From assembly GCA_964035545.1 (NCBI GenBank), contig OZ037772.1:12894818-12958817 (forward strand): DNA of 64,000 nt. The letters are read 5' to 3'. Below, piece by piece: positions 53,801 to 64,000 of the stretch (its first letter is position 1; each line of letters opens with the position of its first letter). The DNA is from Bugula neritina. Taxonomy: Eukaryota; Animalia; Bryozoa. The notes beneath the pieces were generated by a model, which was not told the DNA's origin, did not search any database, and was given only the letters and a program-made list of their open reading frames with translations. Made by a program: the position numbers and the translations under genes.

Positions 53801-56800
53801 TATTACTATGCGTATATTATTATATTACTATGTGTATATTATTATATTACTCTGTGTATATTATTATATTACTATGTGTATATTATTATATTACTCTGTG
53901 TATATTATTATATTACTATGTGTATATTATTATATTACTATGTGTATATTATTATATTACTCTGTGTATATTATTATATTACTATGTGTATATTATTATA
54001 TTACTATGTGTATATTATTATATTACTATGTGTATATTATTATATTACTATGTGTATATTATTATATTACTCTGTGTATATTATTATATTACTCTGTGTA
54101 TATTATTATATTACTATGTGTATATTATTATATTACTCTGTGTATATTATTATATTACTATGTGTATATTATTATATTACTATGTGTATATTATTATATT
54201 ACTATGCGTATATTATTATATTACTATGTGTATATTATTATATTACTCTGTGTATATTATTATATTACTATGTGTATATTATTATATTACTCTGTGTATA
54301 TTATTATATTACTCTGTGTATATTATTATATTACTCTGTGTATATTATTATATTACTATGTGTATATTATTATATTACTCTGTGTATATTATTATATTAC
54401 TATGTGTATATTATTATATTACTATGTGTATATTATTATATTACTATGCGTATATTATTATATTACTATGTGTATATTATTATATTACTCTGTGTATATT
54501 ATTATATTACTATGTGTATATTATTATATTACTATGTGTATATTATTATATTACTATGTGTATATTATTATATTACTATGTGTATATTATTATATTACTA
54601 TGTGTATATTATTATATTACTATGTGTATATTATTATATTACTCTGTGTATATTATTATATTACTATGCGTGTAATAATGAGAGTAATATATTTGGAAAT
54701 CACTAAGTTTGAATGTTTTAGTCTTAGAGTTGACTTCTAAGCTCTTCATCTGTAGGGGACGAACCCCGACTGCCCCGAAGTCACGATTGGTGCCATTGAG
54801 GAAGCCCTGAAGCTCGCTCACGACAATTCCTACATCTTCGTGTTCACCGACGCCTCCGCCAGCGACTACAACGAGACAGAGGAGGTCATCAACCTGATCC
54901 AGGAGAAGAAGTGCAAGGTGACTGTTGGGTCTCTCTGTCTGTTTGTCTGTCTGTCTGTTTATGTGTGTGGTGATGTATATGCTAATATTTTACATTATAG
55001 AATATATTACATTATAATATGATGAACTATGTTATATAATATAATGCGCTATATAATATATTGTTTTTTAATATAATATTTTAAATTTTTCTCAGCATAC
55101 AAGTCTGCAGTTGTAAGTGAAGGTCTTATTTGAAAGCAAACAATACTCCACAGCTTAGCATTCGTTTCATGAGTTTAGATTACCCTTGCAGGTGACTTTT
55201 ATACTAACTGGTGACTGTGGTGACATCACAGACCGCGGATATACAAGCTATCAGCAAATAGCCAGCGCTAGCTCTGGAGAAATCTTCTCTGTGGTTGAAG
55301 GAGACGTTGAGAAAGTAAGTATGGCCGCCATACTCAGTCTGAGTATGGAATATAAATATGGCCGCCATACTCAGTTTGAGTATAGAATATAAATATGGCC
55401 ACCATACTTCGTCTGAATTGAGAGTAAAGACTGTGAATACAAATTTGTCCAACAGAAGTTTTCACTAACTTGTGGGATTTCAGTGGTGCTGATGAGGCTG
55501 GTGTGTTTATCATTCTTCCTGTTTGCCCTGTTGACTTGAGTGACCTTACCTATCTCCCACACAGGTATTGGATGCTGTGATAGAAACGGTGATACCGAAG
55601 TACGATCCCGCAGCCGTGGTCACAGGAAGAGCTCCTGACGGAAGCATCACTTCTCTTAATGGCTCGTCTCTCGAGTACCGAGAAGTTAACATGATGGCCT
55701 TGACCTTTGAGACAGGAACAAATGCTATTAAAACACCTTTAAAAATAGACTCCCACACATCCGACTTTACTGTTTCTGTTGTTGGGGAGAAAGTTAGTGT
55801 GGAGTTGTTTGACCCTGCTGGTGAGTCACATGTTCAGTTGCAGACGTTAGCTGGTCTCCATCTTCAAATCATGTTCTGGTGCTACTTGTTAGTTATTGGT
55901 TAGTAATAGTTAGTTGTTAGTTACTAGTTATTAGTCAGTGGTTAGCAGTCAGTAGATATTAGTCAGTAGCTATTAGTTGTTAGCTTACTAGTTATTAGTC
56001 ATTAGTTATTAGTTAGTAGTTATTAGTTAGTAGTTATTAGTTATTAGTCAGTAGTTATTAGTTATTAGTTAGCAGTTATTAGTTATTAGTCAGTAGTTAT
56101 TAGTTATTAGTGACTTTCTATTACTGAATGTTTACAGAGTAAATTCATACTGAGAAATTGACTGATTATACTGTTTGAGAATGAAATGTTGAGAAAGTAA
56201 TGATATCTATAGGTTCTCTTGTAACCAAATATAAACCTCTAAGAGATCTGGACAACACCAAGACCTACAAGTTTGAAGACCCACAGCCAGGCACCTGGAG
56301 GTTGAGTTACTCCTCCCCCTCCTACCTCACTGTGCGAGTCACTGGTAAGAACTGTAGGCTAACAAACAGTCTCCTTTACTTCCACTTTTACTCTTGTCTT
56401 GGTTGTTTCTAACAGCTAGTTTCTAATGTAATTGAAAATGAAAATTAATGAATGCTTTTATTCTGTCAACAGCAGCAATAGTTTAAAATATTTTGTCTCT
56501 AAACTGTGTCTCCTGAATACCTTTTCTGTTGTCAGGAAGTAGTACTCTCGACTTTGACGTGAGATTCGCTGTCGAAGATGTCATCACAGACTTTGATTCT
56601 CTGCTACCAAGACCTGTGTCAGGTAACACGAGTCATAGAGTAGCTGTTGTGTGGTAACACGAGTCATACATTGGCTACATAGCTATATTATAAAGTTATT
56701 GTCTAAGAGTGTGTTACAAATTACCTAATTTGTTGACGAAAACGAATTATTTTTTATTGTATTATGTAATCTATTTCTAAAGGGAAACAATGCATATGTT

Positions 56801-59800
56801 TAGCTGAGTTTTGTTACATTGTACCTTGTCCCGCCAGGGGTAGTACCTTGTACTGTGTCTTGTATTGCCAGGGGTAGTAACTTATACTGTGTCTTGTATT
56901 GCCAGGGGTAGTAACTTATACTGTGTCTTGTATTGCCAGGGGTAGTAACTTATACTGTGCCTTGTATTGCCAGGGGTAGTAACTTATACTGTGCCTTGTA
57001 TTGCCAGGGGTAGTAACTTATACCGTGCCTTGTATTGCCAGGGGTAGTAACTTATACTGTGTCTTGTATTGCCCAGGGGTAGTAACTTATACTGTGCCTT
57101 GTATTGCCAGGGGTAGTAACTTATACCGTGCCTTGTATTGCCAGGGGTAGTAACTTATACTGTGCCTTGTATTGCCAGGGGGTAGTAACTTATACCGTGC
57201 CTTGTATTGCCAGGGGTAGTAACTTATACCGTGCCTTGTATTGCCAGGGGTAGTAACTTATACTGTGTCTTGTATTGCCCAGGGGTACTAACTTACACTG
57301 TCATTAAAATGTTGGGCTTGGAGGAAGGAGTTACGCCCCTACGTATTGATCTCATAAACCTGGACGGGAAACTTATCTCTACTCAGTTTTTGGGAAATCT
57401 CTCCAACCACCGAGATCTTTTCCTGTCTACAGCTCAGCGTCCTCCATCTGAGACCTTCAACATCAGAGTGAGTATGCTGACACGTTACTGACACCTTTAT
57501 GACACCTTTATGACACCTTTATGACACCTTTATGTTGCCCATTTGGCACCCATCTCGCCTCTGTTATATCTCACCTCTGTTATATCTCACCTCTGTTATA
57601 TCTCACCTCTGCTATATCTCACCTCTGTTATATCTCACCTCTACTATATCTCACCTCTGTTATATCTCACCTCTGTTATATCTCACCTCTGTTATATCTC
57701 ACCTCTGTTATATCTCACCTCTGTTATATCTCACCTCTGCTATATCTCACCTCTACTATATCTCACCTCTACTATATCTCACCTCTGTCTCACCTCTACT
57801 ATATCTCACCTCTGTTATATCTCACCTCTGTTATATCTCACCTCTGTTATATCTCACCTCTGTTATATCTCACCTCTGTTATATCTCACCTCTGCTATAT
57901 CTCACCTCTGTTATATCTCACCTCTGTTATATCTCACCTCTGCTATATCTCACCTCTGTTATATCTCACCTCTGTTATATCTCACCTCTGTTATATCTCA
58001 CCTCTGTTATATCTCACCTCTACTATATCTCACCTCTGTTATATCTCACCTCTGTTATATCTCACCTCTGTTATATCTCACCTCTGTTATATCTCACCTC
58101 TGTTATATCTCACCTCTGTTATATCTCACCTCTGTTATATCTCACCTCTGCTATATCTCACCTCTACTATATCTCACCTCTGTTATATCTCACCTCTGTT
58201 ATATCTCACCTCTGTTATATCTCACCTCTGTTATATCTCACCTCTGCTATATCTCACCTCTGTTATATCTCACCTCTGTTATATCTCACCTCTGTTATAT
58301 CTCACCTCTGTTATATCTCACCTCTGTTATATCTCACCTCTGTTATATCTCACCTCTGTTATATCTCACCTCTGTTATATCTCACCTCTGCTATATCTCA
58401 CCTCTGTTATATCTCACCTCTGTTATATCTCACCTCTGTTATATCTCACCTCTGTTATATCTCACCTCTGTTATATCTCACCTCTGTTATATCTCACCTC
58501 TGTTATATCTCACCTCTGTTATATCTCACCTCTGTTATATCTCACCTCTGCTATATCTCACCTCTGTTATATCTCACCTCTGTTATATCTCACCTCTGTT
58601 ATATCTCACCTCTGTTATATCTCACCTCTACTATATCTCACCTCTGTTATATCTCACCTCTGTTATATCTCACCTCTGTTATATCTCACCTCTGTTATAT
58701 CTCACCTCTGTTATATCTCACCTCTGTTATATCTCACCTCTGTTATATCTCACCTCTGTTATATCTCACCTCTGCTATATCTCACCTCTGTTATATCTCA
58801 CCTCTGTTATATCTCACCTCTGTTATATCTCACCTCTGTTATATCTCACCTCTGTTATATCTCACCTCTGCTATATCTCATCTCTACTATATCTCACCTC
58901 TGTTATATCTCACCTCTGTTATATCTCACCTCTGTTATATCTCACCTCTACTATATCTCACCTCTACTATATCTCACCTCTGTTATGTCTCACCTCTGTT
59001 ATATCTCACCTCTGCTATATCTCACCTCTGTCTCGCCTCTGTTATGTCTCACCTCTGTTATATCTCACCTCTGTTATATCTCACCTCTGTTATATCTCAC
59101 CTCTGTTATATCTCACCTCTGTTATATCTCACCTCTACTATATCTCACCTCTGTCTCACCTCTGCTATATCTCACCTCTGCTATATCTCACCTCTGCTAT
59201 ATCTCACCTCTGCTATGATATGTTGCAGCTAAAAGGCATTGATAAAAATGGAAATCCATTTGAACGAATTAGCAAGTCTGTTACATCTGCTGTGAATGCT
59301 ACAGGTATGTCTATTGGGTGAAGCTGGTGAGACTGTAATTTACATTTCTTTTATTTTTTATAAGATTTGTTTTCCTTCCAAACATGAAAGTCTAAAACTA
59401 CGACAAACATTTGGTTTTAATAAGATCAACATATTTCAATATCAGCAGTTTGTGTTGGCTGTGTGTAGGTATTGAACAGTGTAAGTATATAATACATAGT
59501 ATACTCTGTGTGTAAGTATTGAACAGTGTAAGTATATAATATACTCTGTGTGTAGGTATTGAACAGTGTAAGTATATAATATACTCTGTGTGTAGGTATT
59601 GAACAGTGTAAGTATATAGTATACTCTGTGTGTAGGTATTGAACAGTGTAAGTATATAATATACTCTGTGTGTAGGTATTGAACAGTGTAAGTATATAAT
59701 ATACTCTGTGTGTAGGTATTGAACAGTGTAAGTATATAGTATACTCTGTGTGTAGGTATTGAACAGTGTAAGTATATAATATACTCTGTGTGTAGGTATT

Positions 59801-62800
59801 GAACAGTGTAAGTATATAATATACTCTGTGTGTAGGTATTGAACAGTGTAAGTATATAATATACTCTGTGTGTAGGTATTGAACAGTGTAAGTATATAAT
59901 ATACTCTGTGTGTAGGTATTGAACAGTGTAAGTATATAGTATACTCTGTGTGTAGGTATTGAACAGTGTAAGTATATAATATACTCTGTGTGTAGGTATT
60001 GAACAGTGTAAGTATATAGTATATAGTATACTCTGTGTGTAGGTATTGAACAGTGTAAGAAGTGTGCTACTGGAGGAACCAGTCGCTGTCTCATAGTTGG
60101 TAAAGTGGCCAGCCTACTCAGCGATACCAAGTTCAAGTGTGAGTGTAAAGCACCGTACTTTGAGGGAAATGGAGAGACCTGTTCCAGTGAGTATTAGTCA
60201 GTACTAGTGAGTATTGACTGTGAGTATTTACTGTGAGTATTGACTGTGAGTATTGACTGTGACTATGACTAAGTAATTGTGACTAGTGAGTATCACTAGT
60301 GAGTATTAGTCGGTACGAGTGAGTATTGACTGTGAGTATGACTAGTGATTGTGACTAATGAGTATGACTAGTGAGTATTAGTCGGTATTAGTGACTGTTA
60401 CTACTGAGATTGTGTGGGTCTCTTATCATGTGCATTGAGCACTATTACTATAATTATATACTATTATGCTTACCCCTGTATCTCTGTATTGATACTAGTT
60501 GTTGTATGATTTTTTCTTGTGTTCAGATGTGAATGAGTGTGACAAGCTGATTGATAACTGTGACGACAATGCCTTCTGCACCGACACATTCGGCAGCTTC
60601 TACTGCGACTGTAAGCCCGGGTTCCTGGGAAATGGAGTCGTCTGCACAAGTGAGTTGTTCTTTCTTTTTATAAAAGTCAGTTGCTACGATTACTCTAGTT
60701 GCTATGGTTACTCTGGTTGCTATGGTTACTCTAGTTGCTATGGTTACTCTAGTTGCTATGGCTTCTCTGGTTGCTATGGTTACTCTAGTTGCTATGGCTT
60801 CTCTGGTTGTTATGGTTACTTTAGTTGCTATGGTTACTCTAGTTGCTATGGTTACTCTAGTTGCTATGGCTTCTCTGGTTGCTATGGTTACTCTAGTTGC
60901 TACGGTTACTCTAGTTGCTACGGTTACTCTGGTTGCTATGGTTACTCTGGTTGCTACGGTTACTCTGGTTGCTACGGTTACTCTGGTTGCTATGGTTACT
61001 CTGGTTGCTACAGTTACTCTAGTTGCCATGGTTACTCTGGTTGCTATGGTTACTCTGGTTGCTACGGTTACTCTAGTTGCTATGGTTACTCTAGTTGCTA
61101 TGGTTACTCTGGTTGCTACGGTTACTCTAGTTGCTACGGTTACTCTGGTTGCTATGGTTACTCTGGTTGCTACGGTTACTCTGGTTGCTACGGTTACTCT
61201 GGTTGCTATGGTTACTCTGGTTGCTATGGTATCTCTTATTAAAGTACTCTATTGCAGATATTAACGAATGTAAAGCTGAAAGAGATCCTTGCAAAGGAAC
61301 AGGAAACTGCACTGACACGGAAGGCAGCTTTTCTTGTACCTGTGGAGATGGGTTTATGGCTAGCTCAGAGACTGCCCCTCTATGTAAAGGTGCGTCTCAT
61401 CTAAGATCTTAGTCTACTTGCTTTTTAAGGTGGTATTCTCCAGCTATCTCACCTACAATATCTCACCTACAATATCCCACCTACAATATCTCACTTACAA
61501 TATCTCACCCACAGTATCTCACCTACAATATCTCACCTACAATATCTCACCCACAGTATCTCACCTACAATATCTCACCTACAATATCTCACCTACATTA
61601 TCTCACCTACAAGCTTGTTTCAATTTGAGAAGTTTGTTTCAACTGTTTCCATATTGTAAACTTGAAAGGAACTTCAATTTCTAGATATTAACGAGTGTGC
61701 TTCAGCCAATGGCAACTGTGAGCAGGAGTGTGTGAATACGGCTGGGTCATTCTACTGCAAGTGTGCGTCTGGCTACATGAACACTACTGGCGTAGGGATG
61801 GGGTGCTCAGGTAGGGCCTCAAACTTGTCTCACGGAACTCTTAGATAGCCCTGGGTTTACTGATTGTGTTTAAAACTGTGCCTGAGAGAGATATGCTGTT
61901 GTTTGTTCTCTGAATACATCACGTGAAGTAGAAATCTGCTACGAGACTGTAGAAACTTTGTCTAAAGTGTTTATTAAATAATTCTTCCATAAATATTATT
62001 AATTTGGTGAGTAGATTTATAGGCAATGTCTAAAGTCTTCTCCCTGATAGCATACTTGCTTGAAAGCTGCACATGAAGCAGCAATTTTATAGATGGAATC
62101 GAACACATGTTGAATAAAACTGTGATTTCTCGAGTTTTTAAAGATGTCTGCCTGATGATGAAATAGCTTAAAATGAGCTGTGACTAATGTTTAACCATGC
62201 GTCACGTTTGAGTTGAAAGTCTTGTGCCATAAACACTGAGCACAATTCTCTTTATACCGAATCTCTAGATATTGACGAGTGTGCTGACCGAACCCTCAAT
62301 GAGTGTCACCCAGACGGGTACTGTGATAATGAGATCCCTGGCTATTTCTGTGGCTGTAACCCAGGCTACACAGGAAACGGCTTCAACTGTACAGGTAAGT
62401 CAAACTCAGTTAAACTCAGGTAGTGTTAGTTAGACTCATTTAGTCTCAGTTAGAATCAGTCAGTCTCAGTTAGACTTAGTCAGTCTCAGTTAGTTTCAGT
62501 TATACTCAATTAGATGTGATAGTTAGACTCACTGCTACTAGTTACTGTGCTGGTCCCACTACAAAACGAATCTGCAATGACGAATGAATAGATAACATGT
62601 GAGTAAAGTAGATACACAGTAATCACGTGATCATATTTAGTTAGAGTACTGTGAGTGTTTAGTTAGAGTACTGTGAGTGTTTAGTTAGAGTACTGTTTTG
62701 CTTCTCTGTTTTCAGTCATTCTTGTTATCAGAAATGATGAACATTGTCATATTCCATCTTGCCTTTGGATTCACATATTTGTGTCTGTCTGTCCATCTCT

Positions 62801-63709
62801 CATTCTGTTTGTTAGTCTATGTATTGTTTTAGACATCAATGTGTATTATTTTAGACATCAATGTGTATTGTTTTAGACATCAATGAATGTGAGGGTAACT
62901 TCACATGTCCACTCAACTCTCTCTGCAAAAACTCACCAGGAACCTATGACTGCCCGGATTGTATGAAGGGGTACAGATGGGACCTCAATAAGACTTCCTG
63001 TTATGGTAGGAACTCAAGTTATACATATGATATGATACACTGCAAGCATAGCGCTAAACCAGGGTCTCTTACGGAATAGAAGTATAGTGTCTAGTAGAAC
63101 AGACCTGTACAACTAGTCCTGTGTCTTTCTAGATCACATCACTTTGTGTCACATCACCCGGTGTGTCACGTGACAGGGTACCATGTCACATTATATTCAC
63201 ACAGTACTGTATAAAGTGTAGTAGTTATACCGTTTTACCTCACCCTGTTTATAGATATAAATGAGTGTGATGAAGGCATTGATACTTGTCCACCAAACAG
63301 CGTGTGTAACAATACTATTGGCTCATTCAAATGTCCCAGATGTAACGATGGATATGATTGGACAGATAGCAACCAGACAGCCTGTGAAGGTACTTGTAAC
63401 TAAAGTGTAGCAGTTTTGTCCAGGTTATAAACTTAGAAATATTAACTTTAAATTTTCATTTATTTCACAGGAATTTGAAGGGTGAAACTCTCCTAATTTA
63501 CAACTATTGCTAAACCCACAGCTCATTGTCAGCACACTGCAAGCTGTAGTAATGTTGTCTTCTTCTATTTACAGATGTGGATGAATGTGCTAATGATACT
63601 CACACCTGTCCAGAGAACAGCGTGTGTAACAATACTATTGGTTCCTTTGAGTGTCCAGTGTGTGAGGATGGATATGAGTGGACAGATAGCAACCAGACAG
63701 CCTGTCAAG
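50853..63709 (+). CDS. Secreted hemicentin/VWA7-type VWA protein followed by at least 8 EGF/cbEGF repeats; continues beyond the window
   Basis: Signal peptide, then SLGIVFDTSNSMADEL (MIDAS DxSxS), FILVPYNTP, DCPEVTIGAIEEALK, SYIFVFTDASASDY, VTFILTGDCG, YQQIASASSGEIF, DPQPGTWRL and LKGIDKNGNPFERIS. Phase-1 EGF exons start at about 60043, 60528, 61258, 61685, 62269, 62877, 63254 and 63575, mostly D(I/V)(N/D)EC. Last visible donor at 63710. Confidence 0.88.
51666..52007 (+). repeat. 21-bp repeat reiterating exon end plus donor (ACTCCTA|GTATGT), about 16 copies
   Basis: True donor at 51679. Confidence 0.92.
52140..54668. repeat. Intronic 22-bp AT-rich satellite (TATTATTATATTACTATGTGTA)n, about 115 copies
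   Basis: Directly visible; source of the YIIILLCVYYY ORFs. Confidence 0.98.
56826..57301 (+). repeat. 34-bp repeat reiterating acceptor plus exon start (TTGTATTGCCAG|GGGTAGTAACTTATACTGT), about 13 copies
   Basis: True acceptor AG at 57281-57282. Confidence 0.93.
57552..59216. repeat. Intronic 16-bp satellite (TATCTCACCTCTGTTA)n, about 100 copies
   Basis: Directly visible; a related 14-bp unit (TATCTCACCTACAA) occurs at 61445-61612. Confidence 0.98.
59458..60059 (+). repeat. 40-bp repeat reiterating acceptor plus first 17 exon bases; unit runs GTATTG...TGTGTAG, about 14 copies
   Basis: True acceptor AG at 60041-60042. Confidence 0.95.
60187..60385 (+). repeat. Degenerate repeat of the donor GTGAGTAT
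   Basis: True donor at 60187; about ten further GTGAGT copies follow. Confidence 0.85.
60679..61230. repeat. Intronic 18-bp repeat (GTTGCTATGGTTACTCT[A/G])n, about 30 copies
   Basis: Directly visible between two EGF exons. Confidence 0.95.
62818..62886 (+). repeat. 22-bp triplication of acceptor plus exon start (TATTGTTTTAG|ACATCAATG)
   Basis: AG at 62832, 62854 and the true site 62876. Confidence 0.92.
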
Positions 63710-63769
63710 GTAAACGCTGATGATGGAAAACATGAAACTGTTTGCAATCAGTATTAGTAGTACTCTTGT

Positions 63770-64000
63770 CTAACTAACACTACTCTGTAACTAACACTAC
63801 TCTGTAACTAACACTACTTTGTAACTAGCACTACTTTGTAACTAGCACTACTCTGTAACTAAATATACTATATTACTAGTCTACAGTTACTACTCTACAG
63901 TTACTACTCTACAGTTACTACTCTACAGTTACTACTCTACAGTTACTACTCTACAGTTACTAGTCTACAGTTACTAGTCTACAGTTACTACTCTACAGTT
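63770..64000. repeat. Intronic 14-18-bp tandem repeats (CTAACACTACTCTGTAA; CTACAGTTACTACT)
   Basis: Directly visible at the window end. Confidence 0.9.

Noticed and set aside
52057-54740. Very long hydrophobic ORFs up to 782 aa
   Set aside because: Open in all three frames because the 22-bp satellite lacks stops; lies in an intron whose flanking exons join in frame
57521-59321. 565-592-aa ORFs (ISHLCYISPLLYLTSV)n
   Set aside because: 16-bp intronic satellite open in three frames

Overview
Eukaryotic, AT-rich, intron-dense animal DNA (invertebrate-looking; the species cannot be determined from the sequence). By manually splicing GT-AG exons I reconstruct eight protein-coding genes. Minus strand: a clade-B (type V/XI-like) fibrillar collagen (4556-19846), a secreted protein with three degenerate Cu/Zn-SOD-like repeats plus about five FN3 domains (~21244-33359), MDP1 (34603-36248), PPP1R11/inhibitor-3 (37804-39015) and two intronless secreted paralogues with a D8C-like domain (46868-47782, 48900-49745). 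Plus strand: uricase ending in SKL (42026-45028) and a hemicentin-type VWA + EGF-repeat gene that runs off the window (50853->63709). There is one hAT-type MITE with an 8-bp TSD (24938-25374). Most long ORFs in the track are translations of intronic tandem repeats. The most striking pattern: in about 15 introns across all six spliced genes, the tandem-repeat unit straddles the real exon-intron junction, so the donor or acceptor plus adjacent exon bases is reiterated 3-16 times. Several units begin with GT and end with AG, forming chains of mini-introns joined by AG|GT. A second class of intronic arrays carries donor-complementary (U1 5'-end-like) motifs on the sense strand. Any functional role for these arrays is inference and needs RNA data.
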